Assembly: GCA_937991975.1 (NCBI GenBank)
Contig: CALKLC010000123.1
Coordinates: 1 to 55,114 of the forward strand
Direction of reading: 5' to 3'
Source: an uncultured Spirochaetales bacterium
GTDB taxonomy: Bacteria; Spirochaetota; Spirochaetia; DTKZ01
Length of the DNA stretch: 55,114 nucleotides
In this document: positions 9,970 through 19,958 of the stretch, one piece after another
How positions within the stretch are numbered: position 1 is the stretch's first letter
Layout of the letters: every line of letters begins with the position of its first letter
The notes under the pieces: model-generated
What the model was told of the DNA's origin: nothing
Seen by the model: only the letters and a program-made list of their open reading frames with translations
Databases searched by the model: none
Program-made: the position numbers and the translations under genes

Positions 9970-10914
9970 CTACTCCCACACGGGCTGTAACCAGTGGAGA
10001 TAGTCTTTATCTTTCCCCAGTACAATAGAGCGGTAAGTCTCTGCGATGCGTTTTGTTATAGGGCCTATTTCACCTGAGCCAACAGGGATACGGTCTACCG
10101 ATGCTACCGGCATAATCTCCCAGCCTGTGCCCACAAAGAACACTTCCTCCGCTACATAGAGCTCTGTTCGGTCTACAGGCCTTTCCACAAACTCCAAACC
10201 CAAACGAGGCTTACAGAACGCAGCGACTGTATCCCGGGTAATGCTCTCTAAAATACCCGAAGTTACGGGCGGAGCGATAACCTTTCCATCCCGCACCAGC
10301 AGGAGGCAGGCCCCCGGCCCCTCGGTAACTTTTCCTGCATCATCCAGCAGAATCGGCCAGTCATACCCGTTTACCGTTGCCTCCATGGCGGCTAGTCGTC
10401 CATTGTGGTAGTTGGAGAAACATTTTAACCGGGGAGGCATTATATGGTCTGAAATACGAACCCAGGAGCTGACCCCCACATGGAGGGCTTTATCCATGGA
10501 TTGGTACGCTTCAAAAGGCCAGGAGTCTATAACCAGCTCGGTCGGTTTCCCAGGTTGAGGCTGGAGAAGCTCCCGAACCATCCCTTTCTGAAACACATAT
10601 GGTCGAATGTAAACATTCTGTCGGTACTTGTTTGCCCTCAGAAGATCTATCACTGCTTGTTCCAATTGTTCGAGCGTATAAGTGAATCCATACCGTACCA
10701 TCCGGATGGAAAAAAGGAACCGTTTCATATGATCTTTGAGTCGGAACACGTAAAGCTGCTGCTTTTCCTCGTTCCAATAGGCTTTAATTCCTTCGAATAT
10801 CCCGGCTACCGAAGCGTGCCCCACCGCATTTACATGTATCAACGCATCTTTCCAGGGCAGTATTTCCCCGTTTCTCCAGATAAACTCTGCAATGTCTTCT
10901 TTGTAGATGGCCAT
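9970..10914 (-). CDS. ilvE: branched-chain-amino-acid-type aminotransferase (PLP class IV)
   Basis: GIFEGIKAY, YIRP, catalytic K in PPRLKCFSNY, EGPG, ILESITR, EVFFVGT. Confidence 0.85.
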   Translation of the reverse strand: MAIYKEDIAEFIWRNGEILPWKDALIHVNAVGHASVAGIFEGIKAYWNEEKQQLYVFRLKDHMKRFLFSIRMVRYGFTYTLEQLEQAVIDLLRANKYRQNVYIRPYVFQKGMVRELLQPQPGKPTELVIDSWPFEAYQSMDKALHVGVSSWVRISDHIMPPRLKCFSNYHNGRLAAMEATVNGYDWPILLDDAGKVTEGPGACLLLVRDGKVIAPPVTSGILESITRDTVAAFCKPRLGLEFVERPVDRTELYVAEEVFFVGTGWEIMPVASVDRIPVGSGEIGPITKRIAETYRSIVLGKDKDYLHWLQPVWE

Positions 10915-10948
10915 AACCCCTCCTGAATGATTCTTTGAATAGACTTAC

Positions 10949-10970
10949 GTGGTGCCAAAATTGTGGCACC
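10949..10970. repeat. 22-bp hairpin element GTGGTGCCAAAATTGTGGCACC, copy 1
   Basis: GGTGCCA/TGGCACC stem; identical copy at 29364-29385. Confidence 0.8.
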
Positions 10971-10984
10971 CCTATTCAAGAAAA

Positions 10985-11980
10985 TTAATAAAGATGGCAG
11001 GAAACCCAATGATTGGGTGCTGTCATCCGTTCTTCCGGATACACTTCGTTACATATTTCCATGGCGTATGGACAGCGCTCATGGAAATGACAACCCGAAG
11101 GCAGGTGCAGAGGGCTGGGAATTTCGCCCTTTATAGGAGGTGTATGCTCCAGGTTTTTGCCCTCCAGCCTGGGGATAGAGTTAAGCAGAGCGATGGTGTA
11201 GGGATGTTTGGGGTTGGAAAACACATCCTGCTTTCTCCCTTTTTCCACAATTTTCCCCAGATACATGATTCCCACATGATCACTGATGTGTTTTACCACC
11301 GCTAAATTATGAGCGATGAATAAATACGAAAAATGAAACTCTTTTTGCAGGTCCATCATTAAGTTCAAGATCTGTGCTTGGATAGATACATCCAGAGCAG
11401 AAACAGGCTCATCCGCTATGACAAACTGAGGATGGACAGAGAGGGCACGGGCAATTCCGATCCGCTGCTGCTGACCTCCGCTGAACTGGTGGGGGTACCG
11501 GTTTGCCTGCTCCGGCCGGATACCGACCTTTTGAAGGAGATCCATAGCCATTTCCGTTGCCTGTGATTTTGTATCCGCCAAACGGTGAAAGAGAATCGGT
11601 TCACGGACTATATCCAGCACCCGACTTCTAGGATTCAAAGAAGCATACGGGTCTTGAAAGATCATCTGCATTTGTTTGCGTAAAGGCAGCATTTCTTTTT
11701 TTGAGAATCGGGTTATATCCATCCCCTGGAACAGAATCCGGCCCCCTTTTGGTTCCAGTAGCTTTATGATGGTTCTAGCGGTAGTTGATTTACCGCAGCC
11801 CGATTCCCCTACCAGGCTGAACACGGTACCTCTTGGGATTTCAAAGGAAACCCCGTTTACAGCGTGTACCCGGAGGGTTTCCCGAATGAACCTTCCGTTT
11901 TGAAACGTAAGTTCATCCAGTAGTCCTTTGCCCACACGAAAACTTTGGATTAAATTTTCCACCAATAGAATATTTTCCAT
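10985..11980 (-). CDS. dipeptide/oligopeptide-type ABC transporter ATP-binding subunit (DppF/OppF-like)
   Basis: GESGCGKST, FQDPYASLNP, FSGGQQQR, oligoHPY tail with GCHFHERC. Confidence 0.92.
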   Translation of the reverse strand: MENILLVENLIQSFRVGKGLLDELTFQNGRFIRETLRVHAVNGVSFEIPRGTVFSLVGESGCGKSTTARTIIKLLEPKGGRILFQGMDITRFSKKEMLPLRKQMQMIFQDPYASLNPRSRVLDIVREPILFHRLADTKSQATEMAMDLLQKVGIRPEQANRYPHQFSGGQQQRIGIARALSVHPQFVIADEPVSALDVSIQAQILNLMMDLQKEFHFSYLFIAHNLAVVKHISDHVGIMYLGKIVEKGRKQDVFSNPKHPYTIALLNSIPRLEGKNLEHTPPIKGEIPSPLHLPSGCHFHERCPYAMEICNEVYPEERMTAPNHWVSCHLY

Positions 11981-11983
11981 AGA

Positions 11984-12964
11984 CTACGAATCCTTCCAGA
12001 GCGGGAAAAAGCAGAGAGCTTTTCGGCCTTTGGGTCCCTCGAAAAGGGGTGGTTCCTCCTGCGTGCATATGGTTTGGCAGCGGGAACACCGATCGGCAAA
12101 CTTGCAACCCTGCGGAAGTTCGAACATGTTCGGTACTATCCCTGGTATAGGTTCCAGCCTGGACTTTTCTTGTTCGATGTCGGGAATAGAACGCAAAAGT
12201 CCTTCGGTATACGGATGCGCAGGATTATGAATGATATCTTTGGTATCTCCCGTCTCTACTAATTTTCCACAGTACATTACCATAACCCGGTCTGCAAGTT
12301 CGGATACTACGGCTAAATCATGGGTAATAAGAATCAACGCGCATCTTGTTTCTTCCGACAACTTTTTCATTAATTTCAATATTTGAGCTTGAATCGTGAC
12401 GTCCAGCGCTGTGGTAGGCTCATCGGCAATAATCAAGTCAGGCTGTGATGCGAGAGCGATAGCGATGATTACCCGCTGTCTCATGCCGCCGCTGAATTGA
12501 TGGGGGTAATCAAGAAGCCTTTTTTCTGGATTAGGTATTCCCACCATGGAGAGCAACTGGATACATTTCTGCTTTCTTGCCTCTTTTGTCAAATTTTGAT
12601 GAATAATTAAGCTTTCCTCCAGCTGGTACCCCACGGTGAATACAGGGTTCAAAGAAGTCATGGGATCCTGGAACACCATAGAAATTTCTTTCCCGCGGAT
12701 AGATTGCAGGTGCTGTTCAGAGGCTTTCAATAAATCGGTCCCTTTAAAAAGAATCTCCCCCCCTACGATCTTTCCCGGTTCTTCTATAAGCCTGAGGATG
12801 GAGAATCCTGTAACCGACTTACCTCCGCCCGACTCACCCACAATTCCCAATACCTCGCCCCGCCTTAACTCAAAACTAACCCCATCAACCGCTTTCACGA
12901 CCCCTTTAAGGGTAAAAAAGTGGGTTTGCAGGTTTTTTATTTCTAGCAAAACATCTGTACTCAT
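11984..12964 (-). CDS. dipeptide/oligopeptide-type ABC transporter ATP-binding subunit (DppD/OppD-like)
   Basis: [40 protein letters not shown]. Confidence 0.92.
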   Translation of the reverse strand: MSTDVLLEIKNLQTHFFTLKGVVKAVDGVSFELRRGEVLGIVGESGGGKSVTGFSILRLIEEPGKIVGGEILFKGTDLLKASEQHLQSIRGKEISMVFQDPMTSLNPVFTVGYQLEESLIIHQNLTKEARKQKCIQLLSMVGIPNPEKRLLDYPHQFSGGMRQRVIIAIALASQPDLIIADEPTTALDVTIQAQILKLMKKLSEETRCALILITHDLAVVSELADRVMVMYCGKLVETGDTKDIIHNPAHPYTEGLLRSIPDIEQEKSRLEPIPGIVPNMFELPQGCKFADRCSRCQTICTQEEPPLFEGPKGRKALCFFPLWKDS

Positions 12965-12968
12965 ACAT

Positions 12969-13859
12969 TCACTTCAATCTAGGATTTAACTGATCTCGGA
13001 GAAAATCCCCAAACAGGTTAATGGCAAACACTATGAACACTATGTACAATCCCGGGAAAAAGGATACCCACCATAAACCGCTATATAGGACAGAAAACCC
13101 CTCACTGCATAACATGCCCAGTGTGGGCCTTGTGGGAGGCACGCCTAATCCCAGGAAACTTAATGTGGCTTCCAGAAGAATGAACGTACCGATTTGAATG
13201 GTGGATAACACGATTACAGAGTTGAGTACATTGGGGAGCACTTGTTTCACCATAATGTACAGATCCGAATACCCGATAACTCGGGAAGCCTCTATATATT
13301 CTTTTTTCCGCACGGAGAGGGTTTCTCCTCTAACCACTCGAGCGTACCGAACCCAGCCTATTAGAGTGAGGGTAATAAGGATATTGGTGATGCTTCTTCC
13401 GAAGGTGGTCATAAGGAAAAGGGCAATGAGCATGCTCGGAAAGGAAAGCTGAATATCCGCAATTCGCATAATAATGGATTCAACCTTTCCCCCGATATAG
13501 CCGGCAACTAGACCGATCAGTATGCCGAAGGTTGCAGCAAAGAAAACCCCAGCTATCCCTATAAACAGTGAAACACGGCTTCCGTATACAATGGCACTCA
13601 GGATATCCCTTCCCTGCTGGTCTGTACCTAAAAGAAACCTGAGTTCACCTCCGTCAAGCCATGCAGGGGGCTTGAAGGCATCGGCCAGAAAAAGATTGGA
13701 AAGGGCATAGGGATTCTGCGGAGTAAGAAAAGGCCCTGCTATAGCCACAAGGATAACAAACAGGATCATGAGGGAGGAGACTATGGCTGTAGTGGATCGA
13801 CGATAATGATAGAAAAAGTCCGAGGCGAAAAATCTCTGCAGGATAGGAATACTTTTCAC
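12969..13859 (-). CDS. peptide-type ABC transporter permease (DppC-like)
   Basis: LGTDQQGRD, EYIEAS, LEATLSFLGLG. Confidence 0.9.
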   Translation of the reverse strand: MKSIPILQRFFASDFFYHYRRSTTAIVSSLMILFVILVAIAGPFLTPQNPYALSNLFLADAFKPPAWLDGGELRFLLGTDQQGRDILSAIVYGSRVSLFIGIAGVFFAATFGILIGLVAGYIGGKVESIIMRIADIQLSFPSMLIALFLMTTFGRSITNILITLTLIGWVRYARVVRGETLSVRKKEYIEASRVIGYSDLYIMVKQVLPNVLNSVIVLSTIQIGTFILLEATLSFLGLGVPPTRPTLGMLCSEGFSVLYSGLWWVSFFPGLYIVFIVFAINLFGDFLRDQLNPRLK

Positions 13860-13873
13860 CCGTGAGCCCCCCT

Positions 13874-14836
13874 CTACAACTCTACCCGCGGATCAATCAG
13901 GGTGTATATGATGTCTACCGCGAAATTGATGGCCACAAACAACACGGACACAAACAAAAGATAGGCCGACACGATAGGCCGGTCCAGATTCATGATCGAA
14001 TCTATCAGCAACTTGCCCATCCCTGGCCAGGCATAGATGGTTTCGGTTATGGTTGTAAAAGCAATTAGTTCTCCCAATTGCAGCCCAAAAATAGTCACTA
14101 CCGGAATCATGATATTTTTTAATGCGTGTTTAAAAAGGATATCTTTCTCTCCCACCCCTTTAGCCCGTGCAAACTTTATGTATTCCTGCCGCAGTGTTTC
14201 CATCATGCCCGCCCTGATCAACCGAATAATGGTGGCAATATTGATAACCGCCAGGGTAAAAGCGGGCAGAAACACGTGCCTCCATCCTTCCAGGGTGAAC
14301 AGGCTGCTCCGGATGCCTAGAAAAACTCCTGTTTCGCCCCTGCCGGATACGGGAAACCAGCCCAACCGCACGCTGAGAAAGAAGATAAACACCATACCGA
14401 TCCAAAAGGAGGGAAGAGAAATTCCCAGAATGGAAAAACCCATGATGCCTTTACTCAATTTCCGGCGTGGATAAGCCCCGGCATATACCCCTCCGCTGAT
14501 CCCTATCACTATTGTTAGGAGCATTGCCACAATTACGATTTCTAAGGTGGCTGGGAACCTGCTGAAAATGAGACGTAACGCCGGTTGATGATGTGTGTAG
14601 GACATCCCAAAATCTCCCCGCAGGGCGTTTCGAAGAAAGATGGCATACTGGTAGTACAACGGCTTGTCCAGGCCAAGCATTTTTCTAACCTGTTCCACCT
14701 GTTCCGGGGGAGCACGCTCGGGGAGCATGTTGTAAATGGGATTCCCTATAACGCTGGTGATAAAAAATACAATGGTAGAAACAATCAGAAGCACTCCTGC
14801 CATCTGGAGGAGCCGCTTAACTAGGTACTTCCACAC
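13874..14836 (-). CDS. peptide-type ABC transporter permease (DppB-like)
   Basis: GLDKPLY.QY, GDFG.S, ARAKG, ET.YAWPGMG, DPRV. Confidence 0.9.
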   Translation of the reverse strand: MWKYLVKRLLQMAGVLLIVSTIVFFITSVIGNPIYNMLPERAPPEQVEQVRKMLGLDKPLYYQYAIFLRNALRGDFGMSYTHHQPALRLIFSRFPATLEIVIVAMLLTIVIGISGGVYAGAYPRRKLSKGIMGFSILGISLPSFWIGMVFIFFLSVRLGWFPVSGRGETGVFLGIRSSLFTLEGWRHVFLPAFTLAVINIATIIRLIRAGMMETLRQEYIKFARAKGVGEKDILFKHALKNIMIPVVTIFGLQLGELIAFTTITETIYAWPGMGKLLIDSIMNLDRPIVSAYLLFVSVLFVAINFAVDIIYTLIDPRVEL

Positions 14837-14868
14837 AGAATACCGGTCCTTTCACTTCAAAATACAAT

Positions 14869-14909
14869 CCTCGCGGGCGCCCCACCAGGGGTTTTTCCGC
14901 CCCGCGAGG
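14869..14909 (-). terminator. GC-rich stem-loop after the ABC substrate-binding gene (stabiliser/partial terminator)
   Basis: CCTCGCGGG...CCCGCGAGG inverted repeat in the intergenic gap. Confidence 0.5.
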
Positions 14910-14922
14910 GAGTAATACCAGA

Positions 14923-16560
14923 TTACTTAGGGAAAGAAATGTCCCAGGCGTAAATGTGCTGATCGACCCTCGGTTTGTATATAATGTTCTGGCCATGCGC
15001 GTAAATCGCCGTTTCCCTGTGGGTTGTAAATAGGGCTACATCATCCCAGGCTATCTTCCAAACCTGCTGCATGATGGAATCCCGCTCCTTCGGGTCTACC
15101 GTAGCCAGCGCTTTTTCAATCAGTGCATCTACCTGTTCATTGGCGTAGTAGCCTCTATTTACTCCACCCCAGCCTTTCCGTTTGGGGGCATTAAGATAGG
15201 CACTGTACAGTAGATCCTTGGCTATCAGAGCGCTCTCGCCGCTGGGTTCTGACCAGGCACTCATAATAAAGTGACTCTTAAAACCTTCGTACATGCGGAT
15301 GTATCCCCAGAAAACCGATCGAGACATAAGGTTTACATTGCATTTGATTCCAACCTTTTCAAGATACCCTCCAATAGCTGTTGCAATGGCCGCGTCGTTG
15401 ATGTATCGGTCATTGGTGGCATCTAAGGTGATTTCGAAGCGGTATCCATTCGCCTGGCGTTTATACCCCGCAGCATCAAGCAGCTGTTCTGCTTTGGCTG
15501 GATTATACTCGTATTTCTTCAGATTCGGATTGTACCCATTGAATCCTTCAGGTACGGGGGTATGGGCGACAACTGCGTATCCTCCCATAATTTTTTCAAT
15601 TATTTCTTTTTCATTTACCGCATGTACAATCGCCTGGCGGACCTCCCGAACCGATAGAGGATTCGATCCATCGGGAGATTTGATCGGCATCGGTGCATTG
15701 GGGCTCGGGTTTTGCTTTGTCTGCCCCATGGCGAACATCATGGTGCTGATTCCAGGCTCTGTGAGAACTTTAACCCCGCTCCTTGTTTTCAGCATATCCG
15801 CATCCCGCACAGGAACATTGGTAATCAGATCTACCTCCCGGGCCATTAGACTAGCCGTCCTTGTCCCAGCCTGTGGAATAGGCCGAAACACCACCCGTTC
15901 GATCTGCGGTTTTTCTCCCCAGTAATCTTCGTTCCGTACCAGCACCAGACGATCATCCTTTACATACTCTGCCACTTTATACTTTCCCGTACCCACTATG
16001 GTGGTTTCCATGGCTTCCGGCCCTTTACCTTCTAAGGTTTCTTTACTGACTATGGCAATGTTCCTCAGGTGGCTGGGCAAAAGCACATCGGGGACAATAG
16101 TAGTAATTTCAACGGTATAATCATCTACAGCTCTCCAACTTTTGAAGTTGCCCAGAGCGTCGGCCCAACCCCTGCCGTCCGCCTTGCAAACATCAAAGGA
16201 ATACACCACATCTTTTGCTGTAAAGGGCTTGCCGTTATGAAACTTGACGCCCTGTCTGAGTTTTATGGTCCACACACTGGCATCCTTATTGGGGGTCCAG
16301 GAGAGGGCTAACCCCGGCGACGCGCTGAGATCGTTGTTCACATAGATAAGTGTCTCAAACACATGCCTCTGCATCGAGTTTGAGATAACTTCGTTGCGGC
16401 TGAAGGGATTCCAGGTTGTTACATCCCCAGGCATGGCAATGGTAACCGACTTGGGTTGGGCGGCTTTGGGGGCTTCCTGCTTGCCGGCGCCAAAAAGCGT
16501 GCCTGCAACTCCAAAGACAATCAGAAGAAACACCCCGCCCCCATGCATTTTTTTCTTCAT
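14923..16560 (-). CDS. ABC transporter substrate-binding protein, family 5
   Basis: signal peptide, LRQGVKFHNG.PFTAKDV, GTG.YK, RNEDYWG. Confidence 0.92.
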   Translation of the reverse strand: MKKKMHGGGVFLLIVFGVAGTLFGAGKQEAPKAAQPKSVTIAMPGDVTTWNPFSRNEVISNSMQRHVFETLIYVNNDLSASPGLALSWTPNKDASVWTIKLRQGVKFHNGKPFTAKDVVYSFDVCKADGRGWADALGNFKSWRAVDDYTVEITTIVPDVLLPSHLRNIAIVSKETLEGKGPEAMETTIVGTGKYKVAEYVKDDRLVLVRNEDYWGEKPQIERVVFRPIPQAGTRTASLMAREVDLITNVPVRDADMLKTRSGVKVLTEPGISTMMFAMGQTKQNPSPNAPMPIKSPDGSNPLSVREVRQAIVHAVNEKEIIEKIMGGYAVVAHTPVPEGFNGYNPNLKKYEYNPAKAEQLLDAAGYKRQANGYRFEITLDATNDRYINDAAIATAIGGYLEKVGIKCNVNLMSRSVFWGYIRMYEGFKSHFIMSAWSEPSGESALIAKDLLYSAYLNAPKRKGWGGVNRGYYANEQVDALIEKALATVDPKERDSIMQQVWKIAWDDVALFTTHRETAIYAHGQNIIYKPRVDQHIYAWDISFPK

Positions 16561-16588
16561 ACTCTTTTCCTCCTAGAAATAGTTTTAT

Positions 16589-18070
16589 CTAATAATGGAC
16601 TGCCCGCCAGAGATTTTTTGGCAAGCCGGCCATTCCCTCAAACCCCAAACGCTGTAAAGCTTTCCAGGCCTCTTCCTGACTTTGCATTAATACCTGTTCT
16701 TGATTGATATGAGGAATCTTTCTATTCCGCATGACCATCTTTCCATCCACCAGCACTGTATCCACATCAGAGGGGTACGCCTGGTATACTACCCGCAGAG
16801 GTTCCTGCCACAGGGGGTATAGATGCGGTTTTTGTACATCTATCAGTACCAGATCTGCCTTTTTCCCTACTTCGATCGAGCCAATCTGGTCCTCTAACCC
16901 CAGAGCCCTGGCTGCATGAATCGTTACCATCTCCAAAGCCTTCCCCGCGGGAAGCAGTTCAGGGTCTTTAAAATGCACCCGCTGAAGGCGGATCCCTACT
17001 CGCATTTTTTCGAATAAATCGTACGTTCTATCTGGTGCACTTGCATCGGAACAGAAGGTTACATTGCAGCCTGCATTCAGTAACTCTATAACAGGACAGC
17101 GGTTTAAAATGTAGGCGGTGGTACAGGGGCCGGAGCACACAGAAACGTTCTTCTGTGCCAGGATATTTACTTCTTCGCTGGAGATCCCTGTACAATGGGC
17201 TAAAGAGAGGTTTGGACCCAATAGAAAAGGAAAATGCTGCTGAGCAAAGAGGATATCTCCACCGTAGGAATGCCCGTGAATGGGCACCCCGTATTCTTCG
17301 GAAAGACGAAATACCTCTTTATGTTGAAAAATATGCTCTTCAAGGCTCAGCCCCTCCCTCTTTCCCACTCCCGAGGGAGTTGGGTAGCAAAGGATTCTTC
17401 CGTTGTAACACGAACGATACCGCTTGACGGCTTCTTCTGTTTTTGACAGGGCCTCTTTATGCGTGAGGGAGTATTCCTTGTATGTAGTATTGTTTTTCCA
17501 GATACGAAAGGTTTTTGGATAGGGCGGATTCGGGGGTCCAACCCCCAGAATATCCCGTATACCCACTTCTGCCATAGCCTCTACATGGGCGTCCCACGAT
17601 TCTGGATCGTCAAACCGGGGGTAGGAGCCAAACATGCTGAGGCCCGTGGTAATTCCTGCCTGGATTTTTTCTAGACCGGAAAGATAGGCTTCTGCTTTCC
17701 AGAACTCCGGCGTGGTGCCCTGGAAATACAGACGCTCCATCATGCTGTCCCAGCTGTCCCTCATGCCAGCTCCACCTTCGCCCAGCGTTTTCGTGAGGCC
17801 ATGACCCGCATGGGCATGGGAGTCAATAAGACCAGGAATTAAAACATTCCCCCTGCCATTTATAATGCGATCTTCTTGAAAGGAGTCTTTTGGGAAAGGG
17901 CAATCGGTCAAAGTCCCCACATACGCGATGGTAGAGCCTTTTACTACCACACAGCCGTCTTTCAGAACTCTTCTATCGCGGTCTAAAGTAATGATTGTAC
18001 AGTTTGCTATAAGGAGAGAATCCCTCTCTTCTTGATCTGGTTCTATACGGTCCGCATGGTAGCACGCCAT
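16589..18070 (-). CDS. metal-dependent amidohydrolase (Atz/Trz/MTA-deaminase-like)
   Basis: PGLIDSHAH, AHC, SD, IGSIEVGKKADL. Confidence 0.85.
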   Translation of the reverse strand: MACYHADRIEPDQEERDSLLIANCTIITLDRDRRVLKDGCVVVKGSTIAYVGTLTDCPFPKDSFQEDRIINGRGNVLIPGLIDSHAHAGHGLTKTLGEGGAGMRDSWDSMMERLYFQGTTPEFWKAEAYLSGLEKIQAGITTGLSMFGSYPRFDDPESWDAHVEAMAEVGIRDILGVGPPNPPYPKTFRIWKNNTTYKEYSLTHKEALSKTEEAVKRYRSCYNGRILCYPTPSGVGKREGLSLEEHIFQHKEVFRLSEEYGVPIHGHSYGGDILFAQQHFPFLLGPNLSLAHCTGISSEEVNILAQKNVSVCSGPCTTAYILNRCPVIELLNAGCNVTFCSDASAPDRTYDLFEKMRVGIRLQRVHFKDPELLPAGKALEMVTIHAARALGLEDQIGSIEVGKKADLVLIDVQKPHLYPLWQEPLRVVYQAYPSDVDTVLVDGKMVMRNRKIPHINQEQVLMQSQEEAWKALQRLGFEGMAGLPKNLWRAVHY

Positions 18071-18106
18071 TCTATTTTTTTATACTAAGGTGAGAACAGA
18101 AGAATG

Positions 18107-19546
18107 TCAATCTAAACTTAAAGGGGCGATAGTGTTCAGACTCCTCCCCTTAGGATCCACGAAGGGAACCCGTTTAATCACCTGCTCCTGTGCTTGCTGC
18201 TCCCTTTTCTTGCTTTGTTCCCAATCCATCGTTTGGATGGTCCCGTTTTTTACAACAATTTCCCCATCGATGTACACATCCCGTACGGCCCTCTCAGCTG
18301 CGACAAAGACTAAACTTCGCAAAGGATCGTGAACTGGCAGCATGGACGGATGATGAAGATCGACCAGCACCAGATCGGCCTTGCATCCCGGGGCAAGACG
18401 TCCAATGTCATTCCTGAGTAAGGCCCGAGCCCCTCCTACCGTAGCTGCGAAAAATGCATCTTTAGTGGAAGTGTCAAACACCGATCCAGCGGAAACTCGG
18501 GCTAGATAGATTGCGTTTCGTATTTCTTCCAACATGTTGTAGGGATACGAATCCGTTCCAATGCCGAGATTGATTCCCGCTTTTCTGTATTTACCAAAGG
18601 TATGAAGACTCATTCCGGTACGAGCAAACACAGTAGGGCAGTGGGCTACGGAAACGTTATGGGCAGCGAGGCGGTACATATCTTCCTGACTGCGAAGGGG
18701 GGACCAGGGATGATGGTCGAGAAAGATGCCATGCCCCAGGGTGGTTCGTTCACTGAGGACTCCTAGTTCTTCTAACCATTGGATAGGGGAAATCCCGTGC
18801 CTGCGGAGAATCTCGTGCACTTCTATTAAAGTCTGCGCTCCATGGGTATGAAAAGGAACATTCAAGGCTACCGCCTGACGAAAAGCCTCCTGGAATAGAT
18901 CGGGTTTACAGGTATCGACCTGAGCTGGCATAATAATTCCGCCCAGCCTGCCCGAAGGATGGCTCCTGGCCTGTTGCACCGTTTGTATCGCTTTTTCTAG
19001 CCCCTCCCAGCCTGCTTTCTCGTTCCACTCGTAGCGGACTTCCCTTCCCTCTACATCCACCCATCGAGCCTGACGGAAACTCTCCGCTATATACACTCGT
19101 AAGCCGCTTCGCAAAAGGAGGTCCCATTTGCCGGGGAAACTTCTTGAAATATCCACCACAGTAGTGACACCGCTTCGAAGAAGTTCACAGAGAGCCCCTT
19201 CCACCGAATCTGGCGCCTCTTCATCCTCCATCTGTAAGAGGGAACTGTAGGAATACAAGGCATGACCATAGAGGGCCTTGGCCCCTATATCGTCAAAAAT
19301 TCCTTTATCTACACTGCCTCCGTATAGGTGACAGTGAAGATTTACTAACCCGGGCATCACTAAAAGATCCGTGCCAGAGATCTCTGTATCTACTTCTCCC
19401 TTGTATGCAGGTCCTATGTACTGAATGTGTTTCCCTTGAAAAACCACATCCAGGTTACGGCCGTACCGGTGTGTTTCTTTTTCCGCGTCCCAGTATATGA
19501 CCCAGGAAGCATTCCGTATAACTGTTGTAGTTCCTTTTTCTTTCAT
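18107..19546 (-). CDS. metal-dependent amidohydrolase (chlorohydrolase-like)
   Basis: PGLVNLHCH, SGVTT, HTHGAQ, VAHCP, GIGTD, GRLAPG.KADL. Confidence 0.85.
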   Translation of the reverse strand: MKEKGTTTVIRNASWVIYWDAEKETHRYGRNLDVVFQGKHIQYIGPAYKGEVDTEISGTDLLVMPGLVNLHCHLYGGSVDKGIFDDIGAKALYGHALYSYSSLLQMEDEEAPDSVEGALCELLRSGVTTVVDISRSFPGKWDLLLRSGLRVYIAESFRQARWVDVEGREVRYEWNEKAGWEGLEKAIQTVQQARSHPSGRLGGIIMPAQVDTCKPDLFQEAFRQAVALNVPFHTHGAQTLIEVHEILRRHGISPIQWLEELGVLSERTTLGHGIFLDHHPWSPLRSQEDMYRLAAHNVSVAHCPTVFARTGMSLHTFGKYRKAGINLGIGTDSYPYNMLEEIRNAIYLARVSAGSVFDTSTKDAFFAATVGGARALLRNDIGRLAPGCKADLVLVDLHHPSMLPVHDPLRSLVFVAAERAVRDVYIDGEIVVKNGTIQTMDWEQSKKREQQAQEQVIKRVPFVDPKGRSLNTIAPLSLD

Positions 19547-19559
19547 ACCCTATCCTTTG

Positions 19560-19958
19560 TCAGAATAGAACCTCCTGTATTTCGATCTGATACCCTTCGG
19601 GATCCTCGAATACAAAGGCTCTGATCTTCAACTCCCTGCTCTCAAAAATATCGGACAGGTTAGGTACAGAGATATTCTTACAGAACTCATACCAGGCATC
19701 CAGGTTAGATACCCTGATACAGATCTGCACGGGCTTTGCTGCCTCCCACCGATGCATTCCCCGCTTTTCATCTACGATACCCAGGTACCCGGCTTCAGAA
19801 ATGCGGTAGATTTTGCACCATCCTTGATCGATCGCCAGCGGAAACCGGAATACCTTCTCATAGAAATCAATTCCTTTCTGTAAGTCTCTGTAGTAGATGA
19901 AGGTTATGAATTTTTCAATGCTATGTAGATCGGGTGGCGGAACATCAGGCTTCATCAT
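19560..19958 (-). CDS. VOC/glyoxalase-fold protein
   Basis: DL.KG.DFY, F.DPEGY.IEI. Confidence 0.8.
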   Translation of the reverse strand: MMKPDVPPPDLHSIEKFITFIYYRDLQKGIDFYEKVFRFPLAIDQGWCKIYRISEAGYLGIVDEKRGMHRWEAAKPVQICIRVSNLDAWYEFCKNISVPNLSDIFESRELKIRAFVFEDPEGYQIEIQEVLF

